In this document: positions 51,051 through 64,000 of the stretch, piece by piece | Layout: each line of letters begins with the position of its first letter | Position numbering within the stretch: position 1 is the first letter of the stretch | DNA from: Okamejei kenojei | Taxonomy: Eukaryota | Length of the DNA: 64,000 nucleotides | Reading direction: 5' to 3' | Assembly (NCBI GenBank): GCA_035221665.1 | Contig: CM069157.1 | Location: 19,778,001 to 19,842,000 of the forward strand | Notes under the pieces: model-generated | The model's database searches: none | What the model saw: only the letters and a program-made list of their open reading frames with translations | What the model was told of the DNA's origin: nothing | Program-made: the position numbers and the translations under genes

Positions 51051-53511
51051 AGCCTGTTTTCTTCCAGTTTTGATTTAGACCCCCAAACCAACACCCTCAC
51101 CCCTATAAGTAGTCCATGTTGTTTAGGTTGTGTAACCAAACTGAACAGCCCCCTTCCCCATCTCTCTTTCTCCACACACATCCTCAACACAATCTGGGGA
51201 CGTTTACAAGATGCTTTTAACGGGGTAAAAACGTCCTACGGTGTTTTGCCAGAGTATTATTGAACAATATTTGACCTGAAGAGATGTGGCGATCAATGAA
51301 TAAAGGGCTATATGAGAGAAAACAAGTGCTGGAATAAGTTAGTGCTGGATCAGTGCTGGATCAGGCAGCATCAGTGGGAGGAATTAATTTCTGGTTGGAA
51401 CCCTTCTTCTGACTGAAGGTGAGGATACTGTATGTTAGAAAGGCAGAGCACCTTGGAGAGAGAACTTCAGAGCTCAGCATATTGAAAGCTAAAAAAAATC
51501 CCAGATTTATAGGAGTCCAATTAATTTCTGATGGAACGGTGATGGGGAATTGCCACCCACTTCATCCAAATAAGAGGTGATATAGGGACCCAAACCTGCC
51601 CTCTATTCAGCATCACTCATGGGAGTGTCCGAGCGAGGAAGGACTACTTTCAGATTTGATTCCTCCCATTTGCAATAACTTACCAATGGTCACATTTAAA
51701 GAAGTGCCACTTCCAGGCAAACATCGGTCATGGAACTGTACTTGAGCAAGCAGTGAACACCATCAGTGTCAGATATAATTCAGTAAAATATCCCAAATAC
51801 CTGTATTTGGGAATTCCACGCCCATGCCCGTTTAGTGTCAGTTTCAAACATTTATTTTTGCCAGATGATACTGGCTCTTTAAAGACCAAATCGTCTGTGA
51901 GATCAGACATTATTTTTATAAAGCACGCAAGTATTTCTCTAAGGACTTGTGGCATTACTGAAAGTTTCAGCTGTACTGCATGGTAACTCGCTTCTCTCTA
52001 TATTTCACCATCAAAAGATAACTACACAATATGTCAAATAACATCCATCACATAACAATTTTCTTTTTGATTTTCTTTGCTCGCTCCTTGGTCTGTACAA
52101 TTTCTAGAGTACTTGGTTACCACGTTCTTCTAGCTAATTCTAAAAGCCTAGCTTGTTCGGGTGAAGGCTTTTGTATTTATTTCAAAACACATTGAATTCA
52201 GAGTAGAATAACTCCATTGACTAAACAACAAAGACTGGCACTGGAAACTATTCTTCCTATTTACAATTCTACAGGATTGGTGTTAGCAACTGTTTGTATT
52301 GTGATGTGTCCTTCGACCACAACTACCACCAACTGTTGAACACTCTCAGTATGGTTTAACCGCTGAAGCACTCTGGTAAAGGTTTCTTACATTGCATTTT
52401 TTAAATGGAAGAAGAATGTTGTAAAAATTAATATGAGAAAAAAATAACACGGTTCGACTTTTGCTTTTTACTACACGCAAGTTATTGCAAATATTTCTTC
52501 TCTCCTTCGCGACTGTCCTCTATAAGGAGTTACCTCCAGACTTCCATTATTCTTAACTGAATGGACTGTTTATTCTGCTATTTAAAATCCTTAATCATGT
52601 TTCAGTCTTACTGCAATTTTAGAAATGAGCCACTTATGCGGTGACTGCAAGCAAGAAGCATTGTAGAGTGTGGCCTGAAAAACATTTTGAAATGTAGAAT
52701 GGTTCAGGAAAATTTCTCACTGAGACAAGAAAGGTAAACGTGAAATGCTTTTAACCTTATTTTCGACATCACTTTCATAAGTGTCAGTAGTTAAAAATTG
52801 TAAAAAACTATATTTCAATAAGGGGGGAATCAAATTGTAGGTGCGAATTCATTCTACACTGCAATTGATCTTGCACTACATAACCTGTTATTTTGGTGGA
52901 TTCAACATAACACCAATTGTGAATGGAAGAAAGATGATGTTCCCTTGATTTATTCAAAGTCTAGAACCACAGACATATTGCATATAACATTCCTTCTCTC
53001 TCTTTATCATCACAAACACATTAACATCTTTAAATCCTCCCAAATACAAAGCCTTAATCTAGATGCAGTCACCTAATTGCTGAAAGTCTATCTCATTGTG
53101 TTTCCATGCATCAGACATGCTGCTTTGGAGTTCACCCATTAGAGGTTTTGTTTATTTATATTTACAATATATATTGCCTGTCTGTAATTCAAACATCATC
53201 AAATTCCGATGGATAGTTCTGACAGTGGGGTGCCTTTATCTCTTGGAAAAAAAGAAAATGCAGACGATGGAATTATGACATAAAATTAGAAAGTATTGGA
53301 AGTACCAAGCAAGCTTGGTAGTTAAGATTGTAAAATCTTATCTTACTCCTATGAGCTTGGTTCAAGAGGGATGAAACCAGAAAGAATAATATGATCTTCA
53401 CTCAACACCTGTAGGACCTAGATTTCAAATTGTGGAGAACGCAGAGGAAATTTGCTAAATACTGTAGTTTCAATGATGAGGGACCTCAATTGTATGGAGA
53501 GACAACAACAA

Positions 53512-53825
53512 AGGCAGCACCGTGGTGCAGTGGTAGAGCTGCTGCCTTACAGTGCCAGAGACACGGGTTCGATCCTGACCTCGGGTGCTGTGGGTACAGA
53601 GTTCTCCAACGTTCTCCCTGTGTCTGCGTGGGTTTTCTCTGGGTGCTCCGGTTTACTCCCATATTCCAAAGGCGTACGGGATTGTAGGTTAATTGGCTTT
53701 GGTAAAATTGTAAATTGTCTTTAGTGTGTTGGATAGTGTTAGTGTACCGGGATGATTGCCGGTCGCCGTGGACTTGGTGGGCCAAAGGGCCTGTTTCCTC
53801 GCTGTATCACAAAACTAAACTAAAC
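53512..53825 (+). mobile_element. tRNA-derived SINE (HE1/V-SINE-like) inserted in an old CR1 fragment (~53400-54240)
   Basis: A-box TGGTGCAGTGG, B-box GGTTCGATCC, (CTAAA)n tail. Confidence 0.88.
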
Positions 53826-54357
53826 AGGTAAGATTGTTATCCAGAGGATAGAAACTGAAGATTTACTAGATTTGCTCAAAATTATGAATGCTTACAATGG
53901 AGCACAGAGAAGGAAACTGTTCCCGAGCCGAAAGAATGGTGACAGGAGGACACCGATTTATACTAACTGCAGAAGAATCGGAGGGCAGGCAAGGAAAATG
54001 TGTTTATTCAGTGAGTTGTTATAGTCAGGAACACATTGCTGAAAGTCTGATGGAAGCATATTCATTGCGAACTCACTGGAGGGAGTTGGATCTGCAGTCA
54101 AAGGGGAAGGAATTACAGAACCAAGGAAAACAAGCAAGAAAATATGACCAAAGAAATAGCTATTTCAGTGTTGGCACAAGCATGATTGAATTGGTCTTAG
54201 TCTTGTCCTGTGCTGTAACATTCCATGATCTCATCATGTAGAACATTTCAGGATCCCGCACATTTAAGGGAGAGAAGAAACATCACGCGGGGCTCTGAAG
54301 CCTATTTACAACTCATTGAATCGGATGGACCTTTGACAAGTAGAGGACCCGGTTCAG

Positions 54358-54912
54358 TAGAAACATAGAAACATAGAAACATAGAAACATAGAAATTAGG
54401 TGCAGGAGTAGGCCATTCAGCCCTTCGAGCCTGCACCGCCATTCAATATGATCATGGCTGATCATCCAACTCAGTATCCCGTACCTGCCTTCTCTCCATA
54501 CCCTCTGATCCCCTTAGCCACAAGGGCCACATCCAACTCACTCTTAAATATAGCCAATGAACTGGCCTCAACTACCCTCTGTGGCAGAGAGTTCCAGAGA
54601 CTCACCACTCTCTGTGTGAAAAAAGTCTTTCTCATCTCGGTCTTAAAGGATTTCCCCCTTATCCTTAAGCTGTGACCCCTTGTCCTGGACTTCCCCAACA
54701 TCGGGAACAATCTTCCTGCATCTAGCCTGTCCAACCCCTTAAGAATTTTGTAAGTTTCTATAAGATCCCCTCTCAATCTCCTAAATTCCAGAGAGTATAA
54801 ACCGAGTCGATCCAGTCTTTCTTCATAAGACAGTCCTGACATCCCAGGAATCAGTCTGGTGAACCTTCTCTGCACTCCCTCTATGGCAATAATGTCCTTC
54901 CTCAGATTTGGA
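54358..54912 (-). mobile_element. Young CR1 LINE 3' fragment
   Basis: Open frame IEGVQRRFTRLIPGM...RRLRGDLIETYKIL...RTRGHSL...WNSLP, with a (TTTCTATG)n tail. Confidence 0.92.
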
Positions 54913-55168
54913 TTCCCAGTAGTTTCACTGGGAAACATCATGGTGTCCGTCCTGATTTATAATAAACAAGCCACTGGAGAACTAAAAACACAATGGAAGC
55001 ACAGTCTGGCATACAATACAGATTTTGGAGAAGATTAATGACAGAATAATTCAGATGAGATTAAAATATAGCTTTAAACAATACTTCAGTCGGATAACAA
55101 AAAACACGTTAAACGATAAACCAGGAGATGTGACTTGAGTAGATGCTGGAGTAACACAACCCCAGAAT

Positions 55169-55468
55169 GTCACAGTGGTGCACTGGTAGAGCTGCAATTT
55201 GATAGCACCAGAGATCCGGATTTGAACTGATCTTGGGTGCTCGATCCTGATCTTCACATTTTCCCTGTGATCATATGGTTTTCATCCTGGTGCTCCGGTT
55301 TCCTCCCACATCCCCAAGACATATTAGTTTTGTAAGCATGTGTAAAATTGCCCCAAGTGCGTTGGCAGTGGATGCAAAAGTGGGATAGCAGAGAAATAGT
55401 GTGAACGGTGCTCGGTGTGGACTTGGTGGGCCGAATGGTCTGTTTCCATGTTGTATCTTTCAATCAAA
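55169..55468 (+). mobile_element. tRNA-derived SINE (HE1/V-SINE-like), diverged
   Basis: Head GTGGTGCACTGGTAGAG, core CCGGTTTCCTCCCAC, tail GGGCCGAATGG. Confidence 0.75.
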
Positions 55469-56179
55469 TAATGCAAACAGCTGCACATTGAAGACTAAAG
55501 TAGATGTCCAGGAAATAGGTTTATAAAGTGTCTCACCTCCCAATGCAGACCATATCATGGAAGAGGAAGTATCAGAAGCGCAGAAAATGCAACAAAAAAA
55601 ATAAACACACTGGAGCAGGTCACCACAAGAGGATGAGTGCCCACTATATAATACCATTCTTCAATAATCAACTCCCTGGAAAAAAAATGTCTCATTCCTG
55701 CAGGTCACTCTGTCTATCTTTATGCCTTCTATGTGCAAAGCATGTAATAATTACTGACTTTCTACTGGTCTAAAATAGTACAAATTCAGATAAAAATGGA
55801 AGGAAAAAGGCTCAGGGACATTTTTCTATAAAAGAGTAGTGAGAGTTATGCATAATTTATTAACAATCCTAATTCATAGGAAAGAAGGCCAAAAACTTGC
55901 ATTCAAATAGTACTTTTATATGCCTGTTTCTTCAAAACATCCCAAAGCTTGTCAAGCAACGGAAAGCAGTTGTTCTTTCACTTCCTATCTTAGAACTGCG
56001 CTATCACAGAGAATACAATTACACATTCTTTTTCTTAAGAACATGAGCCACATTTTACTTTTTTATAATTTTGAATTTGTCAAAAAAACCTGGTTGGTCT
56101 AAAGTTACACAGCATCATCTCACCTTTGCCTCATTAAAAGATTTATTTTTTTCTAACCAGTCTGTGCTAATATGTTTTA

Positions 56180-57222
56180 CTGACTCCCATAGTTATCTAG
56201 ACTAGGTGACACTTCTTCCCGCCCTGGTTACTGTAAAGACTCCATCCCCTACTCCCAATTCCTCCGTCTACACCAGGATGAGGTTTTCCATACCAGATCA
56301 TCGGAGATGTCCTCATTCTTTAGGAAACAGGAGTTCCCCTCTTCCATTATAGATGAGGCTCTCACTAGGGTGTCCTCGATATCTCGCAGCTCCGCTCTTA
56401 CTCTCCCTCGCCCCATTCGTAACAAGGACAGAGTCCCCCTTGTCCTCGCCTTCCGCCCCATCAGCCATCGCATACAGCATATAATCCTCAAACATTTTCA
56501 CCACCTCCAACGGGATCCCACAACTGGGATCTTCCCATCTCCACCACTTTCTGCTTTCCGCAGAGACCGTTCTCTCCGCAACTCCCTGGTCAACCTGTCC
56601 CTTCGCACCCAAATCATCCCCTCCCCAGGCACTTTCCCCTGCAACCGCAGGAGATGCAACACCTGTCACTTTAACCACCCCCTCGACTCTATCCAGGGAC
56701 CCCGACAGTCTTTCCAGGTGAGGCAGAGGTTCACTTACACCTCCTCCAACCCCATCTACTGTATCCGCTGTTCCAGGTGTCAACTCCTGTACATTGGCGA
56801 AACCAAGCGCAGGCTCAACGATCGTTTTGCTGAAAACCTCCGCTCAGTCCACCTTAGCTACCTGATCTCCCAGTTGCTCAGCACTTTAATTCCCCCTCCC
56901 ATTCCCAATCTGTCCTTTCTGTCCTGGGCCTCCTCCATTGTCAGGGTGAGCACCTCATATTTTGCTTGGGTAGCTTACACCCCAGCGGTATGAGCATTGA
57001 CTTATCTAATTCAAATAGCCCTTGCTTTCCCTCTCTCTCCATCCCCTTCCCTTTCCCAGTTTTCCCACCAGTCGTACTGTCTCCGACTATATTCTATCTC
57101 TCTATCGCCCACTCCCCTGACATCAGTCTAAAGCAGGGTCTCGACCCGAAACGTCACCCATTCCTTCTCTCCAGAGATGTTGCCTGTCCTGCTGAGTTAC
57201 TCCAGCATTTTGTGTCTACCTA
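56180..57222 (+). mobile_element. Penelope-like element 3' part: RT thumb, Cys linker, GIY-YIG endonuclease, pLTR
   Basis: CNRRRCNTC, IYCIRCSRCQLLYIGETKRRLNDRFAE, LGSLHPSGMSI, then the pLTR with GGGTCTCGACCCGAAACGTCACC. Confidence 0.9.
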
Positions 57223-57519
57223 AAATGTTTTACAGTGGGCTCATGTTTTACATTTATTGTATTGACTCTTGTCCCTATTAGAATCACTTTAGACCACCAG
57301 CAGCCTTCCAATTAAACATTTTCACACAGTGGATTCATTATTCTTAAAGCAAAGTCATTGTACCCTTCCGACATAGGAGAAACCAGGAAAACAGTGATCT
57401 GTGATGTAGAATCATTTTCTTGGCTTCCTTTCCAATCTTCCTCCAATCTATTCTTCATAACCATTAACTAGATTTTATTTTCAACTTAGGACACATGAAA
57501 CCCAACTTTACTCCTCACA

Positions 57520-58213
57520 TGTTAAGTACAACAGGCAGTGAAGAAAGCGAATGGCATGTTGGCCTTTATAACAAGAGAAGTCGAGTATAGGAGCAAAGAG
57601 GTCCTTCTGCAGTTGTAAAGGGCCCTAGTGAGACCACACCTGGAGTATTGTGTGCAGTTCCGGTCCCCTCATTTGAGGAAGGACATTCTTGCTATTGAGG
57701 GAGTGCAGCTTAGGTTTACAAGGTTAATTCCCGGGATGGCGGGACTGTCATATGCTGAGAGAATGGAGCGGCTGGGCTTGTAGACTCTGGAGTTTAGAAG
57801 GATGAGAATATGTTTCAATAAGAATAAGAATATTCTTATTGAAACATATAAGATTGTTAAAGGTTTGGACACGCTAGAGGCAGGAAACATGTTCCAGATG
57901 CCACAGTTTAAGAATAAGGGGTAAGCATTTAGAACGGAGACAAGAAACACATTTCTCACAGAGAGTTGTGAGTCTGTGGAATTTCACTGCCTCAGAGCGT
58001 GGTGGAGGCCGGTTCTCTGGATACTTTAAAGAGAGAGCTAGATAGGGGTCTTAAAGATGGCAGAGTCAGGGGATATGGAGAGAAGGCAGCAATGGGGTAC
58101 TGATTGGGGATGATCAGCCATGATCACATTGAATGGCGGTGCCGGCTCAAAGGGCCGAATGGCCTACTCCTGCTCCTATTGTCTATTGCCTATTGTCTGT
58201 TGTCTATTGTCTA
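57520..58213 (+). mobile_element. CR1 LINE 3' fragment
   Basis: Codons for LVRPHLEYCVQF, CR1 3' UTR and a (CTATTGT)n tail. Confidence 0.88.
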
Positions 58214-58549
58214 CCTGCAATCAGTGTAAGTGGATAAAGACCAAATAATCTATCCAATATCCAGTGATTGATCAAAAGCTCTCGTTGTTTGACCATTTTA
58301 CCAAGTTTCATGGACGTAATCCAGAACCTCGCCATCGGGGAATCGGGTGAATTGCCCTGAACTTTGATGGTGAAACTGTGGTCTTCAAAATGACAGATGA
58401 TTCAATTACTAATACCATTCCAACACACCAGCTCTGTGCACTTTAATGTAGCATGATCATGGCGAGCAAACTCAAAGTGCTGGGATCTTCACCTCACCGA
58501 GTTATTGAAATATTCCCACTGAAACCTCCAGGAAATCCAACTCTATTCT

Positions 58550-58682
58550 ATGCAGGAAGGTAACTTCAGATGCTAGTTTATATCGAAGATAGACACAAAA
58601 TGCTGGAGGAACTCAGTGGATCAGACAGCATCCCTGGAGAAAAGGAAAAGGCGACGTTTCGGGTCAGAACCCATCTTCAGTG
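58550..58682 (-). mobile_element. Penelope pLTR mini-element with an intact hammerhead-like core
   Basis: Minus strand reads CUGAAGA-U-GGGU-UCUG-ACCC-GAAA-CG-UC. Confidence 0.78.
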
Positions 58683-58973
58683 TTTTTTTCTCCCATCATT
58701 ACGGTTTGAATCTGCATCATTCAAGATTCTTAGTTCTATTTATTTATCACTATGCTCTTCTATTAGGGAGTTTGTCATTTAAAGATCCACGACCGTTTAA
58801 TTGTTTAATAATCACGATTTATGTTATTTAGTCTCAGACATGCAGAAAGTTATTCCCGGTGAGATAAATCCTTGCAGGAGAAAAGCGAGATATTTTTAGG
58901 TCATATTTTAAAGCTGTCAAAATAAAGCAAATCTGAAAAGTCTACCAGAGAAGGTATATTCTTGCCTTGTTTC

Positions 58974-59111
58974 TTCTTCTTCTTGCTTGTGGCGTGCACA
59001 GCCTAAAGTTGTTGGACCACTTGCTCTATTTGATCTTCCGTTTGTGCACGTCGAGTTGATTGCATTAGACGAAACAGGGCGGACCACGTGAAGGTTGCAA
59101 CCTTCCACTCC
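58974..59111 (-). mobile_element. Ribozyme-headed short retroelement, family A copy 2
   Basis: 12-13-bp TSD (C)TTGCCTTGTTTC (58962-58973 / 59112-59123), (GAA)n tail, homologous to 10613-10755. Confidence 0.9.
59058..59111 (-). ncRNA. Predicted minimal HDV-like ribozyme, copy 2 (3 substitutions versus copy 1)
   Basis: GGAGUGG-AA-GGUUGCA-ACC-UUCACGU-GGU-CCGCCCU-GUUUCGU-CUAA-UGCAAUC. The P2 change A>G keeps pairing as G.U; P1 has one A.C mismatch. Confidence 0.7.
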
Positions 59112-60473
59112 TTGCCTTGTTTCAAGGCTGCATGTCCAAATGCTTTGCGTTATTTTTTTAACCAGCTGAATGAGTTAATTTTGGTGTTTGAATGAGATAT
59201 CTCTCCTATGTCCATATCTATGTCATAAATCAAAGGATTAGGTGCTGCCTCTCTCCTTATCCACATTAATGCTATGACATAAAATGGAACTGCGCAAATA
59301 TCCTGATCCAAAATCCAAACATCACACCCACTGCCCTCAACATGCTCAGAGAAGTTCATGTTGCATCACCCATGTCAGAGGTTGGTGTGTAAACCTGCTC
59401 CATTAAGGGAAAATTAGGGCCAAGCCAGAGTGTGATTGTGACCATGCAAAACAAACTGTGGAAAACATTTGGTAAACCACTCACCACTGTACTCTGTGCT
59501 CCTTCTGCAGAAGAAGTGCAAAAACTACACAAACTCTCTCCTGAATCCCTCTTAGGCTTACAGAACTTGGCATTGGTGTTTAGCTTCTGAGCATATTGCC
59601 ATATGCGCTCTCTTCCTTCTTACATAATAAAACTGAGAGCTGTAGAACTTTGAAGAGTTGCCAATGTTACAACTGCTCTTACAGAAATTATCGTTTCCAG
59701 CTTTTAAATATAATCCACTCTCACTTTACTTTGTTACATATTTAATTCCATAATGTTTTTTTTCATATTTTTGTTTGCATGTTTATTCCTTCTTTTTGTC
59801 TAATACCCGAGAGCATCAATGCTGGAAACCAAGACAGATGAGATTAAGTCAGCATTACCTTTCTCTGGCATCTCACTGACTAACTACTTAAATTGAAACT
59901 ACTTAAACATCATATAATGTTTTGTTTTTTGAAGTCTAATTGAAAAGGAAATTAATTTGTCGGCCAGGTTTTCTGTTCCTCATTGTTATCCCATGATTCA
60001 TTCTTGGGTGTAAATAATGAGAGAATGTTGCCAATCTGAAGAGTTAAGATTGTGATCCACACCTCAGGAGACAATTTGGACTGGATCACCGTGGATCTAG
60101 CAGGTACCTGAAAGGCCAGTACCCACCTGTCAACAGAGATCTACTGTGCTGACCCTGTCTATACAAGAGTCCTCCTGCCAGGTGCATCAGGCTGGAGTCG
60201 GTGTCCAAGCCTCAGAGAGCAGATGCTGAGACTTTCTCTTATAATGTTCTGATGGCCTTTTCACAGCTGCAACCAAAACCCTTTTGGGAGAGGCATTTAA
60301 ATATTTTGAATGGTAATTCAATATTTTATTAAGGACAGATTGAACTATAAAAATAATGCATATAAATCCATTTAATTTTAAACACATTTAAGTAGTATAA
60401 TGAATACCATCAAAATAAGGTAAAATGGAGAAAAACAAGCAAACTACATTTTGTGCAGGAAGGAACTACAGAT

Positions 60474-61888
60474 TCAATTCAATTCAACTTTAATGTCATT
60501 GCACAGATACAAGTATGGGTACAACGAAATGCAGTTTAGTGACAGTACAAAGTGATAGCAATATATAGATAAATACAGATAAATAAATACAGATGTGGAA
60601 ATCTATCGGTGGGACTCTGAATTTAGCAGTGCGATGGTGTTATTATAGAAGCTACTCCTCATCCTGCTGGTGCGGGACCTGAGGCTCCTGTACCGCCTCC
60701 CCGATGGTAGGAGGGCAAACAGTCCATGGTTAGGGTGGGAGGGGTCCTTGATGATCTTCCCAGCCCGTCTCAGACGCCGTTTTCGGTGGAGGGCATCCAT
60801 GGCAGGGAGCGGGACACCGATGATGTGCTGGGCGGTTTTTACCACCCGTTGTAGTGCCTTCCTGTCTGCTACGGTGCAACTGCTGTACCATACCGTAAAG
60901 CAGGTGGTCAGGATGCTTTCAATGGTGCATCGGTAGAAGTGGGTCAGGATCTGGGGGGACAGGTGGGCTTTTTTGAGCCTCCTCAGGAAGTAAAGGCGCT
61001 GCTGCGCCTTTTTGATCAGCTTGGAGGTGTTGAGGGACCAGGACAGATCCTCCGAGATGTGTACCCCGAGGAATTTGTAGTTGGAGACCCGCTCCACCTC
61101 AGCCCCGTTTATATGGATGGGGGTGTGTCTGCCCCCTCTGTTCTTTCTGAAGTCGACAATGATTTCCTTCGTCTTCTGGGAGTTGAGGACGAGGTTATTG
61201 TTGGCACACCAGGTTGTCAGGTGCTGGACCTCCTCCCTGTAGGCTGACTCGTCGTTGTCACTGATCAGTCCTACCACCGTGGTGTCGTCGGCAACTTTTA
61301 TGATGGCGTTGGAGCCATGCTTGGGGATGCAGTCATGGGTGAAGAGGGAGTAGAGGAGAGGGCTGAGCACACAGCCCTGTGGCACGCCGGTGTTCAGTGT
61401 TATAGTGGAGGAGGTGAGGTTGTTGATCCTAACAGACTGAGGTCTGTTAATGAGGAAATCCAGTGTCCAATTGCAGAGGGAAGTGGAGATGCCAAGACCG
61501 CTGAGTTTGGTGATTAAGCTAGCGGGTATGACAGTGTTGAAGGCGGAGCTGAAGTCAATGAACAGCAGCCTGATGTAGGTGTTATTGCTGTCCAGGTGGG
61601 TCAGGGCAGAGTGTAGGGCCGCCGATATGGCGTCCTCTGTAGGACCTATTGGTCCGGTAGGCAAACTGATGGGGGTCCAGTGTGGGGGGGAGGCTGGCTT
61701 TGAGGTGAGCCAAGATCAGCCGCTCGAAGCACTTGGCGATGACAGGGGTGAGTGCCACTGGCCGGAAATCGTTGAGACTCCCTGTCGCTGATTGTTTGGG
61801 CACTGGCACAATGGTAGATGTCTTGAGGCAAGTGGGGACGACACCCTGGGCCGGTGACAGATTGAAAATGTCAGTGAGGACGAGGGAT
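60474..61888 (-). mobile_element. Young 5'-truncated Rex1 LINE, copy 2 (one frameshift near 61640, KVADD), inserted into a Penelope pLTR
   Basis: Near-identical to 4733-6149. The flanks AGGAAGGAACTACAGAT | TACACCGAAGATAG rejoin the pLTR (60452-60473 and 61889-62110). Confidence 0.92.
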
Positions 61889-62372
61889 TACACCGAAGAT
61901 AGCCACAAATTGCTGGAGTAACTCAGTAGTCAAGCAGCATCCCTGGAGAAATGGAGTAGGTGACATATTGGGTCAAAACCCTTCTTCAGACTGAGGGTCA
62001 GGGGGCAGAGAAAGTAGAGGTATGAAGAAGTTCAGAACAAGTCAGAGTTGACACCGATGACCAAGGAAAGTTGGAGTCCACAAGGGTCCATTGTTGCTGT
62101 GGAAGAGGTGCTCCTCCCTTCCTGTATTAAATGCACGAGACTGTGTTGCCCCTTGTAACCATGGCGGGACCAGGTAGAAAGTGCGTGCAGTCCCTCGGTT
62201 CAGTATGCCAGTGCTTCATCTCCAGGCTCAGAGGACAGCCCCAAGGGAAAGCAAGAGGTCTCGTGCTCTGGCATCTGCCTTCCAGCTCATCTCAGACTGT
62301 TGTGTTTCAATGTGAAGTTGAGGTGCGCTGCAAGGGCACCTCAGCAACAGATCTCCCCAGAACTACCAGCTG

Positions 62373-62930
62373 CATGTCAATTCTGGGCCCCATATCTGAG
62401 GAGGGATGTGCTGGTATTGGAGAGAGTCAAGAGTATGTTTACGAGAATGATCCCAGGAATAATTGGGTTTACATATGAACAGTGTTTGACAGCATTGGGC
62501 CTGTACTTGCTGGAGGGGGGGCCTGTACAAAAGATGAGGGGGGACCTCATTGAAACTTACCAAATAGTGAAAGGCCTGGATAGAGTGGATGTGGATGGGA
62601 TGTTTCCGCTAGTGGGAGAGTCCAGGACCAGAGGCCATAGCCTCAGAATGAAAGGATGTACCTTTGGAAATCTCCTGAGGAGGAATGTCTTTATTCAGAG
62701 GGCAGTGAATCTGTGAAATTCATTGCCACAGAGGATGATGGAGGCCAAGCCAATGGGTATTTTTTTATGGCTGAGATTGTCAGGTTCTTGATTTGTATGG
62801 ATGTCAGGGGTTATGGGGAGAAGGCCGGAGAATGGGGTTGAGAGGGGAAGATATATCAGCCATGATTGAATAGTAATGGGCTTGATGGCTGAATGGCCTA
62901 ATTCTGCTTCTATAACTTACGAACTTATGA
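62373..62930 (+). mobile_element. CR1 LINE 3' fragment
   Basis: QFWAPYLRRDV, RGDLIETYQIVKGLDRVD, RTRGHSL and the CR1 tail. Confidence 0.88.
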
Positions 62931-63443
62931 ATACAATCCCACCCAGTAAACGAGTGACAAATGCTCGCCCACATTAAGCCAGAGAAATTAGACTCAGGTT
63001 CATCGTAGTCTGTTTTCATTCATCCCCCTGCTGATGGATCAGAGTGGGTATTGCCAGAAACCCCATAGTTCAGCCAGGAAACGGAGTGTAGACACAAGAG
63101 CAGAGGTTAGAAAACAAGCAACGTGAAGATGCAAGGTACAGAATAAATAATTTTCAATTTGGCCTGCTGACAAGAGAAAGATGAATTCAATCATGCTATG
63201 CATTGAACAGATTAACGACAGGTTATAATGCACTCTTGTATCTCAGTTTAAAAAGGTATCATGACTATTTAGTTCACATTTTTAAAAAAACAATGTGACA
63301 CATGTGCTCTGTAGACTCCACACAAGTGCTTAAGGTCCCATAGAATCATAGAGCAGAGTAACGTGGCCCTTGGCCCAATTCGTTCATACTGCCAAGTTGC
63401 CCACTAGGCCTGGTCCCACATGCCCATATTTGAACCACATCCC

Positions 63444-63726
63444 GTTAGTTTAGTTTAGTTTAGTTTAGAGATACAGCGTGGAAACAGGCCCTTCAGCCCA
63501 CCGAGTCCGTGTCAACCAGTACACTAATTCTACTCCACATACTGGGGACAATTTGCAGAAGCCAGTTAACCTGCAAACCTGCACGTCTTTGCAGTGTGGG
63601 AGGAAACTGGGACCACCTGGAGAAAATGCATGTGGTGCATTAGGAAGAACATACAAAATCTATACAGACAGCACCCATCGTCAGAATCGAATCCCGGCCC
63701 CTCTACCACTGCACCACTGTGCCATG
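63444..63726 (-). mobile_element. tRNA-derived SINE (HE1/V-SINE-like)
   Basis: (GTTTA)n tail on the plus strand and the family core. Confidence 0.82.
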
Positions 63727-63744
63727 ATTAAATCTCCCTCTTAA

Positions 63745-63979
63745 GGGCCTGTCCCACTTGGCGATTTTTCCAGCGACTGCCGGCACCAGTGACTGACGTA
63801 TCAGGTCACCAAAAAATTCGCGGCGTGATGCGGCGGTGACGAGGCGTGATGACATATGACGCGCGGTGTTTTTTCAAGTGTCGCAACATTTTTTTGTCCC
63901 GCTGGATTTTAAAATGTTCAAAATCTTTTGGCAACACTGACTGGCAGTCGCCGAAAAAATCGCCAAGTGGGACAGGCCT
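63745..63979. mobile_element. 235-bp MITE with ~36-bp TIRs, flanked by TTAA
   Basis: Left end TTAA|GGGCCTGTCCCACTTGGCGATTTTT, right end AAAAATCGCCAAGTGGGACAGGCCT|TTAA. No ORF. Confidence 0.88.
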
Positions 63980-64000
63980 TTAAATCTTTCCTGTGCATGT

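Noticed and set aside
53512-53590. tRNA-like sequences with A/B boxes
   Set aside because: These are SINE heads, followed by the SINE core and tail, not tRNA genes.

Overview
Vertebrate genomic DNA, inferred to be from a cartilaginous fish (skate/ray-like repeats: HE1/V-SINE-type SINEs, CR1, Rex1, Penelope, DIRS). There is one host gene, an intronless class III POU gene best matching POU3F1 (Oct-6/SCIP), CDS 39932-41065. It sits in a CpG-rich, TE-poor island within a TE-rich gene desert. The main unexpected result is three short TSD-flanked retroelements from two families (10613-10755, 11012-11210, 58974-59111). Each begins exactly at G1 of a predicted HDV-like self-cleaving ribozyme and ends in a shared RCGMAAGAA(G) tail (R=A or absent, M=A/C). 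The two families show compensatory base changes in P1 and P2. Also present: many Penelope pLTR mini-elements with a minimal hammerhead-like core, one capped by telomeric repeats; a decayed DIRS element with an adenine-methyltransferase-like domain and a perfect 82-bp ICR/terminus match; and a duplicated PBX/PREP + CCAAT composite in the POU3F1 promoter. All folds and family assignments are by eye; no searches were run.
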